Shown here piece after piece: positions 25,501 through 35,801 of a stretch of DNA of 64,000 nucleotides. Position numbers and translations under genes: made by a program. The notes under the pieces were generated by a model that saw nothing but the letters and a program-made list of their open reading frames with translations, made no database searches and had not been told where the DNA came from. The DNA comes from Podarcis gaigeae (lineage: Eukaryota): the NCBI GenBank assembly GCA_964106915.2, contig OZ066917.1; one strand, 5' to 3'. Within the stretch, counting starts at the first letter, position 1. Every line of letters begins with the position of its first letter.

Positions 25501-26939
25501 ACCCGAGAAACGAATTCTGCAAGAGTGCAGGAGGATAAGGTTGCAATCCTATTCCGTTCCTTGGCAGTAAACCCGACTGAACTCAGTTGGCCTTACTTCT
25601 AAGTAGACATGCATTAGATTTAAGGGAGCAACTGATAAACAAAGGGGCTTAAATTCAGGGCAAATCAAGCGCGCCTGATTTCTACTGAAATCCATGGGGT
25701 TTAGGCACCAGCCTAAGGCTCTAAAATTCTATATTCATGTACTTGAGAGTATGTCCCATTGAACTCAGCGGGGCTTAATTACGAGTAGACGTATATAGGC
25801 TTGAGCAGCAAATATTTTTTTAAACACCCATCAGTCTAGTTTTATGCTTATTAATTGATTTTAATGGATATTTCTGAGCAACATCTTTAGGATGCAGGCT
25901 TAAATCCCATTGATTTCGAATTAACTAAAGCGCGCTTAACTTTCCCTAGACAGCACCCAATTAATTTTAACATTAAGATGCTCATAGATGCTTTTGGAAG
26001 CCGTTCAAGGGAGAGGGGAAGGTGGAGCTGCTCCAGGGCTCCCCTCCCAGTTCCGAACTGTGTTGCTTCTTGGAACAAGAGAGCAGGCGGCAAACCAAAA
26101 GGTTTGGCCGGCTATGCGCAACCAACAGCCCTGCTTGGAGGCGCTGGAGGGGATAGTGGCTCATAACTAGAGCTACCCTAAACCTGGACTGTCCAAATGG
26201 GACAGAAAAGCTGCCTGCCAGCTTGACCGCGATTTCTCCCGCTCCTCCTCAGTCCCGCGTTCCTATTACAATCCACCCAGACTGCAAATACAGTCCACAC
26301 GGGGGTGAGGTGGGGTGCAGAAACCTGCCCACTTCAGACCATTAAGAGTTGCCATTTACTTTGCCACAGTGTTGCTGCTAATGACAGCGCAGGTGGCTGG
26401 GCACCTTTGCGACACGTACGGTACACAAAGGCGGCAACGAGGCAACTAACTCATTGCTCGCCCGGGCTGCGCGTCTTCGGAAACTCAATCCGGAAAACTG
26501 TCAAGCCCGCCAGCGACTGGTCGCTTCCTTCAGCTGCTACCAATCTAAAGAGCCAGGTAAAAAACGCGCCTCCATTTGCATCCAATCGATTGAGACCCGT
26601 CAGCTCGCCTTTTGTGCTATTTAATTGGGGAGGAAGAAGAAAGAGGAGGAGGCTGCTGCTCCTGGTACATATTTCCCCTATATCGTACAACCGGTGACTT
26701 TCTAACACTAGGCTAGCCCGGTTGACAAGCGGAGAACTTCCCAGCTGTTTCCAACGTCTATCAGGCAGCGCCAGTTGAAGCCAAGTTTTCGCCTGTGATG
26801 TCTCCGCTTCCTTTTCCCCGGAGCTAAGCGCCTCTCCAGTTCGCCGGGAGAAGGGTGCCGGGTTCCTGGCACCTGCGGTCCCCTTTGCGCCACGAGCAGG
26901 CTCCGGAGGACGCCTGGCGAGAAGAGTGGCAAGCAGTCC

Positions 26940-27200
26940 TTTCCCCAACAGCCGTAGCCGCCTTCCGCCTCCTCGCCTGCCCAATGGGTCGCTGGCCTGG
27001 CTGGTCCCTTTCTGCCACCAGCCCCCTACCTTGAGTTTGTGCGTTTCTCTGTCTCCCCGAGAGGGATTAATTAACCAGGCTGGAGCTGGAAGAGGCTGCC
27101 GTGACGAGCCCAGTGGCGATTGGCCGCCCGCCTGCCTGGCCCTGCCTTTATAATTTCCACGCGAGTGCATCTGGGCTCTTATACAAACCAACAGCCAGCT
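26940..27200 (+). promoter_or_regulatory. MAB21L1 proximal promoter (approximate)
   Basis: Inside a CpG island upstream of the CDS. Contains CCAAT at 26981, GGATTAATTAA homeodomain site at ~27063, ATTGG at 27119, TATA-like TTTATAAT at 27147-27154 and TTATACAAA at 27179. The TSS is inferred, not observed. Confidence 0.55.
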
Positions 27201-27371
27201 TCTCCTGACATATACACACACTCAGAGACAGGGAGACACACACACACACAGAGAGGGGGAGAGAGAGAAAGAGAAACACCCAGAAATCTGCCCCCCCCCC
27301 CATCTGACTACCAACATTGCGCGCAGACACACACACACTCACACCCCGTGGTGACTCCAGGAGAAAAATAA

Positions 27372-27452
27372 ATGCCTGCTCCGATGTGTTATTATTTTGA
27401 CTGGTGGGAGCCTGGCTGCAACTGGGCGCAAACTTTGCTTCCCTTTTTTTAA
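27372..27452 (+). other. Candidate uORF in the MAB21L1 5' leader (MPAPMCYYFDWWEPGCNWAQTLLPFF*)
   Basis: ATG at 27372 with A at -3, and TAA at 27450-27452. A second short uORF follows at 27466-27486 (MLSSAP*). Both depend on the TSS lying upstream of 27372. Confidence 0.4.
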
Positions 27453-27816
27453 CTGCAGCTCTTCCATGCTTTCCTCTGCTCCCTGAAGGATCCTTTCCAA
27501 CAAAAAACCCAGGGGTTTGTGTGCCTGTGCGTGTTTGGGAAAGACTCGGAGATCTGTCCGGGGCAGAAGTGTCCACTTCCAGCCTGCAAGGAGAGAGAAA
27601 GACAGCCTGCGAGCGAGCCTCGGAGCTGAGGAGGAGCAGAGCAGCAGAAAGAGCAGCGGCGGCGGCGAGAGCAGCGCCTTTGGGCGGCCTGGGGCTCCGC
27701 TTCCCCGCGCCGGGCGTCCGGATTCCCGTCTGAAGTTGGCTCCCGCCTTAGCAGCCGCATTGGATCCCAGCGCCTACTGCGAGACTCCGGTCTACAACCC
27801 GGATCTCTGTCCCAAC

Positions 27817-28896
27817 ATGATCGCGGCGCAGGCCAAGCTGGTGTACCACCTCAACAAATACTACAACGAGAAGTGCCAGGCGCGCAAGGCGGCCATCGCC
27901 AAGACCATCCGCGAGGTGTGCAAGGTGGTGTCGGACGTGCTGAAGGAGGTGGAGGTGCAGGAGCCGCGCTTCATCAGCTCCCTCAACGAGATGGACAACC
28001 GCTACGAGGGCCTGGAGGTCATCTCGCCCACCGAGTTCGAGGTGGTGCTCTACCTCAACCAGATGGGCGTCTTCAACTTCGTCGACGACGGCTCGCTGCC
28101 CGGCTGCGCCGTGCTCAAGCTGAGCGACGGACGCAAGCGGAGCATGTCGCTCTGGGTGGAGTTCATCACGGCCTCGGGCTACCTGTCGGCGCGCAAGATC
28201 CGCTCGCGCTTCCAGACGCTGGTGGCGCAGGCCGTGGACAAGTGCAGCTACCGCGACGTGGTGAAGATGGTGGCGGACACCAGCGAGGTCAAGCTGCGCA
28301 TCCGCGACCGCTACGTGGTGCAGATCACGCCCGCCTTCAAGTGCACGGGCATCTGGCCGCGCAGCGCGGCGCACTGGCCGCTGCCGCACATCCCCTGGCC
28401 GGGGCCCAACCGCGTGGCCGAGGTGAAGGCCGAGGGCTTCAACCTGCTCTCCAAGGAGTGCCACTCGCTGGCCGGCAAGCAGAGCTCGGCCGAGAGCGAC
28501 GCCTGGGTGCTGCAGTTCGCCGAGGCCGAGAACCGGCTGCAGATGGGCGGCTGCCGCAAGAAATGCCTCTCCATCCTCAAGACGCTGCGCGATCGCCACC
28601 TCGAGCTGCCCGGCCAGCCGCTCAACAACTACCACATGAAGACTCTGGTGTCGTACGAGTGCGAGAAGCATCCCCGCGAGTCGGACTGGGACGAGTCGTG
28701 CCTGGGCGACCGGCTCAACGGCATCTTGCTGCAGCTCATCTCGTGCCTGCAGTGCAGGCGCTGCCCGCACTACTTCTTGCCCAACTTAGACCTCTTCCAG
28801 GGCAAGCCGCACTCGGCCCTCGAAAACGCGGCCAAACAAACGTGGCGGCTGGCCAGGGAGATCCTCACCAACCCCAAAAGTTTGGAGAAACTTTAG
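27817..28896 (+). CDS. MAB21L1: Mab-21-like protein 1 (cGAS/Mab-21 nucleotidyltransferase-fold developmental regulator), single coding exon, 359 aa
   Basis: ATG at 27817 (cccaacATGa) to TAG at 28894-28896 gives 359 codons, MIAAQAKLVYHLNKYYNEKCQARK...ILTNPKSLEKL. Residues YYNEK, SLNEMDNRY and C-terminal SLEKL match MAB21L1 rather than MAB21L2 (YYTER, SLSEIDARY, SLDKL). Nesting in NBEA agrees with the known NBEA/MAB21L1 arrangement. The ORF-track start at 27517 is a GTG and is not the canonical start. Confidence 0.98.
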   Translation: MIAAQAKLVYHLNKYYNEKCQARKAAIAKTIREVCKVVSDVLKEVEVQEPRFISSLNEMDNRYEGLEVISPTEFEVVLYLNQMGVFNFVDDGSLPGCAVLKLSDGRKRSMSLWVEFITASGYLSARKIRSRFQTLVAQAVDKCSYRDVVKMVADTSEVKLRIRDRYVVQITPAFKCTGIWPRSAAHWPLPHIPWPGPNRVAEVKAEGFNLLSKECHSLAGKQSSAESDAWVLQFAEAENRLQMGGCRKKCLSILKTLRDRHLELPGQPLNNYHMKTLVSYECEKHPRESDWDESCLGDRLNGILLQLISCLQCRRCPHYFLPNLDLFQGKPHSALENAAKQTWRLAREILTNPKSLEKL

Positions 28897-29800
28897 AGGG
28901 CCAGCCAGCGGCGGCCTGACGCTATTCTCCTCTCCCCCGCGAAAAGAAAAAACTGCCTTTCTCTTCGGAGGATTCTGCTGGGTTTTACGGGGCAAACGTC
29001 GCCATGCGTTCGGGGAAGAGGCTGCCCGCCTGCGCGCACACGCACACCAAGCCAACTGCAAGTATTATGACTCTTGCCGGTATCCCGGTTTTAAAAGCCT
29101 GCCCGGAAAACAAAGCGAAACGAAACCGTATATGATTACCACCAGGGGAAATGCAATATTGGCTGCCGTTTTTAGCCTGATTGTGACCACTCCGCCTAGA
29201 AACCAGACCAATGGATTATAACGAGGCCGGGATTTTTGTGCGAGTAAGAGAGAATCTGAAGATGCCACCCAAATAACCACAACCGTTAGATAGGAAAAGA
29301 AACAAAACAAACCACAACTGTCCCAACTCTTCCCCTGTACATTTTTTTAAACAATTTGTATGGAATATTGTGATCTCACATTGTCTTTGAAATTGTGGGT
29401 GTTAGTGTTTTGTGATTTGGTGAAAAGAAGTTAAATTGCCATTTTGGATACTTCAGGACATTTTCTGCTCAAGAAGATACCGCTTTAAAAAAAAGGTAGA
29501 TTTTATCATGGTACTTTTGTTACTTGTCTTTTGAAGTGTCTAAGCTAAAAAAAAGTTTACATTTTTTTTGTTTCAAATATATTGCTTGTTCTATTTCTAC
29601 CATTCCATAAATATACTTGAAATGTTATTTAAATATATTCAGAAGAAATTTGGGTTTTGCTTATATAATTGTGAATATTGGAATTATATATTGGAAAAAT
29701 GCACTTGAAATACACTGGATAATTACTTTTTGTGATTTAAATTTCTGTTGCTGATTTTATTTAATTACAAGCTAATAAATAAAAGTAAAATAAATATGCT
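28897..29800 (+). other. MAB21L1: MAB21L1 3' UTR (AU-rich)
   Basis: Runs from the stop codon through an increasingly U-rich tract to clustered AATAAA signals. Confidence 0.65.
29774..29794 (+). terminator. Clustered polyadenylation signals of MAB21L1
   Basis: AATAAA at 29774, 29778 and 29789, followed by GU/U-rich sequence at ~29805-29870. Confidence 0.65.
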
Positions 29801-30089
29801 TAAGAGTTTCAGTGCTGGATTCCATCTGGGTTTGTGCAAGCCCTCAGTGTGCTACATTCTGTCTTTTTGGGGGGCGGGGAGGGGCGGTGTAAAATGGGTC
29901 TGAAGCCCTTGACGGCCTGTTAAAAGTAGCATAATTTAAAATGAAGATAAAAATCGGTGTAGCCTACCCTAAAAAAATGGGGTCCTGAAGGCCATCGACA
30001 TCGGTCACACTCTGGTGTGTGGCAATTAAGCGAGTAACATTTTTACAACCCTCAGGAAATAAATCTACTTCTCAAAAGATTTAGTGGGC

Positions 30090-31700
30090 CAGGCTAACGC
30101 GGCTGTCCGGTTTTGAACCAAGCTGAAGGCACGCATTACCCAAGTGAGCCTAGTTTGTAACAAAATTAACAACACTTGGAGAGAAGGGAGGGGGAAACTG
30201 CAACGTTCAGAGATTTGCGGGGGTCAGGCCAATAATCGGCAGGTAAAGAATGTTGCTACCTTTGCCCTAAACATCACCAGCCTGGCCATAAAGCCGCCGC
30301 CAGTTGTGTTTGGGGAAAGCGAGCGCCGGCCTCTCCGGAGGCCCCGCCGGAGCAAAGGAGCCGCCTCCGCCAGAAGCCCGGTCCTGCCCTTGCAGAGAGC
30401 GCAGCAGGCAGTTCCTTCCGGATGCAAACCGTGATTCAGCCAAAGGGCAAATATCCCGGCAAGCATTGAGGGGGTGCAACAATGTGCTCAAGATCTGCCC
30501 AGGTGATACTGTTTCAAACTTCAGGGCGCTCTGCCCGCGCTTGGATGCGCTGCAGCAAAACCGTTAGACTCGCCATGTTACCCAACTCCATGTTTTGTTT
30601 TGCTTTGCTTTGCTTTGCTTGCGTGTGTGTTTTAAAATCCGGAAGACACTTTTAATTCTTCCTGTCAAGGTTGGCAGGCGGGCAGCAGACGGATGGCCTC
30701 GACATTGAGGCCACAATAGTGTGTACTTACACAAGGCTAGGAAAGTGAAATTAAAATAACAATATCACTATAGATCCGGAGAGAAGGAAAACGACATGGA
30801 CGTGAACTTTTGAATTCTGTAACAAGGCAAATCTCCGCTCTATCTCCTTGCTCCAGGGGTCTTCGGGAGAGAGTCTGTCTTTGCGCACCCCAACCTTGCT
30901 AGTTCCTACAGGCCCGGGCTGTGCAATTGCTGCTCCGCGCGCCCCTGCAACGCGCACCCGTGCAGAAGCGGAAGCTCCAGTCCCTGGGGACTGCGTCGAA
31001 GGCAGACGGAGAGGGAGCGCGTCTCCTTGTCTGCCGCGGGTGCCCGAGGAAAGAGGCTGGAGTGCGGGCCCGCCATTACCTCGAGGGATTTCCGAGCAAT
31101 TGGCTTAACTGCTAAATCTGCCCACGTTCATACAAAGGCCTTCGGGGGGAAGTGCGGGGGGGAGGAGAGATTTGTTAAAAAGCGAGCGCGGGAGTAAGAG
31201 CGGATTTTACATCATTAACGCGCCGCGCTCTTAAATAAAACAGCCACGGAGTCAGACGAAGGGGGGCGCTTCCAGGCACTTGGGAGCATTCCTCAATTCA
31301 TGGTTATGGGAAACCTCCCCCTCCTCCCCCCAACCCCCCCCCCCAACTTGGTCCTGTACTCACTTTAGGGTCGATCTTTTTGAAGGCCGGGTCTTCCTCG
31401 TCTACCTCGAAGTAGATCTCGGTGGTGGTGATGGAGAGGGTGCCCTTGGCCACCACCACCGGCGCGATGAGCTGGGCCGGCGTGCTGAGGACCACGGGGC
31501 CTGCAAGACAAGACGGAGCGGCGTGAGGAGGCTGCGAAAGAGAGGCCGGCTGCTTTGCCCGACGACAGCAGAGCGGAGCAAGGAAGCCGTCGGACTCAGG
31601 CGAAGGATGCCTACGGAGCGCTGCCGGGACACCTAGGCTTCAGGAAGCGGGACGCTGTGTATGCCTGAACCTCAAAGGATGGTCGACGGACCATCGGAAC
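30090..31700. promoter_or_regulatory. CpG island overlapping the NBEA exon at 31364-31500
   Basis: CpG-rich sequence, and the NBEA exon codons here are GC3-rich. Confidence 0.7.
31364..31500 (-). CDS. NBEA: Neurobeachin internal coding exon (137 nt, phase 1/0), start of the BEACH-type PH domain
   Basis: Translates (G)[45 protein letters not shown]. Acceptor is tgtcttgcag| and donor is AAA|gtgagt. The next expected exon (VLAYTEGLHGKW...) was not found in 1-31363 and presumably lies left of the window. Confidence 0.95.
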
Positions 31701-32479
31701 AGTAGGCCACTTTATAGGTCTTTCAAACTAAACAACACCCATGAACTAGGTTGTGTTTAGGAAGATTGATTTGAGAATACTAGCGGGGTTCGGGTGAGGG
31801 GATCACAGCCCGCTGATGAAAATAGCCCCTCTCTTCCTATCTCAAGCCCGATCCCATAAAGGTCGAGTGCAGTTCCCACTCAATTCAGTAAATTCACCGG
31901 TTTGCACGTGTGTATGAAGAGCAGCCTAAGACGGGCAGCGAATATTTAGAAAAGCGGCGTCACGGAATAAAAATCAGAGGGGCTTCCAATAAAATATATT
32001 TAGATTTACGCTTCCTGTATCTAGTCATAAAATTACAATACAAATTATGCGCCACACATATCGAATATCTTTTACTTCTTTTTTATTATTCTGGACGTTA
32101 GGCAATGCAGTGTTTTCTACATCATAAAACTATCTGCGAGACATCAGATGCCAGACGAGGGCTCTCTGTGTGAAGAAAATGTGTATGTGTGTGTAAAATA
32201 AAGTGCAGCCTTTATTGTGAAACAAACAGCTGTTATAAAGAAAACGATTTGTCTCCGCAAAGACGCCAGGAACAATCGCTCTCCCTCTGAAATTTATTGA
32301 AATGTTAATGCTGAGAGCATAATTACTCCAAAACAAAAATATTCAGTTATTCTAACTTGCTTACACGCATGTATATTCTACAGAATTCATCGGGATTTAG
32401 TCCCAAATAAATGTGCACAGAATCGTAGCTCAAACCTGCAAGAAAACCCCGAAATTATTTGGGCATTTCTAGTACTGTG

Positions 32480-34460
32480 CAACGCAATCCTCTGCGGGTT
32501 TCCTCGGGAGGCGGATCCGGCTGTATTCGGCGAGTCAGGCTGCCTAGTTAGGGTCCTGGCGACGGCAACCTTAGAGCCAAGCGCCGTGGGGCTCCTCAGA
32601 GCAGGAGGACCAGTAATAGGAACCAGGCATCTGATGGTCTGACAAGCGTATGCCATAATAAATGTGTTAACATTTAAGGTGCCATAAGGCTCTTTGCTGT
32701 TTGCGGACCTTTATTACATTGACTCTAAGGAGACTTTCCATCCGGATCCAAAACGAACTTAGTGGAAATTCCATCTCGAGATCTATGCAGATCGCATAAA
32801 AATAAATGCATGGAATAATGGGATATTGAGCCAATATGGATAAATAAACCGAGACATCTATTCAAATAACATGAAATGCAATACACTGATGCCACCTTTT
32901 AGAAACTGGGAAATAATAAGGCATAGTATTATCTGGCTGCTGGTATTGTTGTTTTTTCCTTTAGGTGCTGAGACTGTTGATTCCGTGTGTGTGTGTGTGA
33001 AATGTTGTGCTCGGTCGGATTTGGTTTCTGGTGTCTCTCCAGCAGCCTTTCCCCGGCTTCTTTTCTGTGGGGAAGGCAGCTGAGGTAGGGGCTGGCTGGC
33101 TGGCGCTCGGTCCGACCACCATTTGAGCTGCCAAGCTCTGCCCTCCTCCAGGGCCCAGTCTCCTGCCTCTACGGATCCCCTTCCTACCCGCCACTTAGCC
33201 CGGCCTCAGCCCGTCTCTCGGCCTGACGGAGAGCGTGGCAGGCCTCATTTCAGCGCTAACTTCCCTCCCTTCCAAGCATCGCCTCCTTCCCTCCTCTCCA
33301 CCCAGCCCTAGGCAACGCTCGGCTTCCCGCCTCTGACAGCTCTCAAGCCAGCCCACCAGGGGCTGGATAATATGGAGACAAACTCTATTTTCGTTCATTT
33401 TCTTGTTTTCCCCACGCCTAATAGGCCAGCCTGGCCTCTTCACCCCGGTCAGCTGATGCGGACCATACGCGCGGGGCTTGGGCATCGCCCTTGCTCCGTC
33501 CTCCTTGCCGGCTCCCCCTCCGGCCGGACAGCGCCAGTGGCGCTCGGCGAGCGAGCGAGCAAGCAGGCCGGCAAGCGGGCCGCCCTTCTGGCCGGCGGGG
33601 CTCCTGCTTAGGGCAGCGGATCGATCCGAAACGGCGCTTTAAAGGCTCATCAATCTTAATCTCGGTCGCTCGAGTAATTACGCGCGATTCTCTCGTGCGA
33701 TTACAAGTGGATTTGGGTTTCGATTCCCCAGGCCCCTCGCCTTTGTGCGTAATGGCAGGCCGAGCTCTCCCGGCAGCGGCAGCAGCAGCTCCCGGGCCCT
33801 GCTGCTGCTGCTTCTCTCCGCCCCTCTGCGATCGCCACCCCGGCCCCACTCCTCTCCTCTCCCCGCCCCCGTCTGCCTTTAACCCTTCCTCGCCACCCGA
33901 GCGCCGGGGCTTTATAGGCCTCGGCGAGAAAATTAAAAAAAAGTCCCTTAAAGATGATGCAGTTGGGGAGCCGCGTGATAGTCGATCATGATAAGAAGGC
34001 GTTTAGTGGGCCTTGCGCGCTCCCAGAAGGAAGATCAGGTAGTTAACCCAATTACCTCCCGGCTCCCCGCTTGTTATATGGGCAAAATAAAAAGGAAGTG
34101 GCTGGTAGTTCGCGGTCAGGAGGCCAGAGACTATAACAAGAAATCTTTTTCTTCATCGAGAGAGAGAGAGAATGCCTAAATCTTTTGTGTGCGGGGCGTG
34201 GGTGCGCAAGGGAGAATGACAGTGGCGAGCCGGGTTTAATTTTCAGAATGGCTGCTGGAAATAAGTGCATCGCGGAGATTTCCGAGCAAAAGGCCTGCGA
34301 GGAACCCCTCACACTTCCAAGCGCTCTGAACAAACGACCTTGTGAAATCCTATACGAGCCTGAACTAGGCAAAAACAGCTACCACTCAAACCAGCGGCTT
34401 TTCGAAGGATCACAAGATGTTTCCATTAACTTTTTTTCCCCGCGAAAGGGAAGAAAGCGG
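32480..34460. promoter_or_regulatory. CpG island with an embedded AT-richer homeodomain-motif core (~33640-33720)
   Basis: Dense CpGs. The core reads catcaatcttaatctc...gtaattacgcgcg...gattacaag. Confidence 0.7.
32628..32704 (+). mobile_element. Degenerate Penelope-like 3' end remnant
   Basis: catctgatgg...aagcgtatgccataataaatgtgttaacatttaaggtgccataaggctc shares the aataaa-gtta-aaggtgcc core with 17100-17182. Confidence 0.4.
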
Positions 34461-35043
34461 TGGGGGGGGGTGTTACTTAGCAGCATGAATATTCCTGATT
34501 AGTTCATTATCAAAACCCATGTAAGTAAGCAAGCCTTGATATTATCCCATCGAGGAGGTATCAGAGATGGAAAGCAGAGTCAGCACTCGGCCCTTGTGTC
34601 TGGGGGTGGTGTGTTAAGTACTGGTCCTTTTACCCAGCCACCACTCCTTGCTTTGGGCTTCCAGCCCATTGCTTCTGCCATCCCCCCGAACCAGAAGGCA
34701 GCTGCTTCCTGCTCCCCAACAAAAAGTGGGTGACTGAGCGGTGGCTGCAAGGAGCTACTTCCTTGCTTTGATCACTGACCATCTCTTATCTGGCTCATGC
34801 AGGGGAAAGACATTTGGCCCAGTGGTGGCACCCGAAGAAAGTGTAATGAAAGATGGTGGCTGCCCTTTGCAAGAACATCTGTACCTCTCTCATTTACCCC
34901 CCGCCCTGGTCTGCTGGAGAGTGGGGACTGGGCCCTGGAGGGCCACCCAGGGAGAGGTGGCAAGAGCAACCACCACTCCACTTGCTTGCTTGGCCCTCTC
35001 TTGCTGGGTGGGGTGGTAGGGCAGAGTCCAGTAAGGGAAATCC

Positions 35044-35180
35044 ACATAGAATCATGTAATTGTAAAGTTGGAAGGGACCACGGAGTCATCTAGGCTAATC
35101 CCCTGGGATGCAGGAATACTTTGCCCAACATGGGACTCAAACCCACAACCCTAACATTAAGAGTCTCATGCTCTACCAAG
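35044..35180 (-). mobile_element. tRNA-derived SINE with CR1 tail (same family as 324-470)
   Basis: Reverse-complement similarity to 324-470. Confidence 0.7.
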
Positions 35181-35381
35181 TGATACTTTCCTTACTGTTG
35201 TTTTATGGTCCCTTTCCTATGGAACATGGTGGAATGCCCAAACCGGGAAGTTGCGTTAGATGTAATATTTTAGAATGGAAACCCTTCAAATATTATGTAT
35301 TAACCCCTTCACAACCAGAACCCATCTGTAAGAGAGGAATGGCCAGGGCACAACAACTTCAGAGCTAACTAGATCTATCAC

Positions 35382-35801
35382 TAATGATGTGTGGAAGTGA
35401 GAGCTGGACCCTCAAGAAGGCTGATCGCCGAAGAATTGATGCTTTTGAATTATGGTGCTGGAGGAGACTCTTGAGAGTCCCATGGACTGCAAGAAGATCA
35501 AACCTATGCCTTCTGAAGGAAATCAGCCCTGAGTGCTCACTGGAAGGACAGATTGTGAAGTTGAGGCTCCAATACTTTGGCCACCTCATGAGAAGAGAAG
35601 ACTCCCTGGAAAAGACCCTGATGTTGGGAAAGATGGAGGGCACAAGGAGAAGGGGACGACAGAGGACGAGATGGTTGGACAGTGTTCTCGAAGCTACAAA
35701 CATGAGCCTGACCAAACTGCGGGAGGCAGTGGAAGACAGGAGTGCCTGGCGTGCTCTGGTCCATGGTGTCAACGAAGAGTCGGACACGACTAAACAACAA
35801 C
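35382..35801 (+). mobile_element. Bov-B (RTE) LINE, 5'-truncated 3' end
   Basis: Open frame ESWTLKKADRRRIDAFELWCWRRLLRVPWTARRSN...RRRGRQRTRWLD, with a (CAA)n tail and an 11-bp TSD AGATCTATCAC at 35371-35381 and 35802-35812. Confidence 0.93.

Larger units (their letters stand above)
26000..29060. promoter_or_regulatory. CpG island covering the MAB21L1 promoter and CDS
   Basis: Very high CpG/GC content throughout, including nearly all third codon positions. Confidence 0.85.

Noticed and set aside
27517-27729. Full 100-aa N-terminal extension given by the ORF track (459 aa)
   Set aside because: It starts at a GTG in weak context and runs through low-complexity leader. Only the last ~19-29 codons look coding (see findings).
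27748-28770. 340-aa antisense ORF over MAB21L1
   Set aside because: This is a shadow ORF expected from extreme GC3 codon bias on the sense strand. The protein is not recognisable.
27873-28919. 348-aa alternative-frame ORF within MAB21L1
   Set aside because: It is G/R/A/P-rich, has a non-ATG start, and is explained by the lack of stop codons in GC-rich coding DNA.
31501-31545. Alternative NBEA acceptor (ctctttcgcag) 31 nt upstream of the exon
   Set aside because: Using it would frameshift, and a plausible branch point (CCTCAC) lies downstream of it, favouring the 31500 acceptor.
31662-31707. Hairpin GATGGTC-gacg-GACCATC followed by GGAAC-AGTA, superficially hammerhead-like
   Set aside because: The catalytic core is absent (CTCAAAG instead of CUGANGA; GGAA instead of GAAA). 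At most it is a dead relic.
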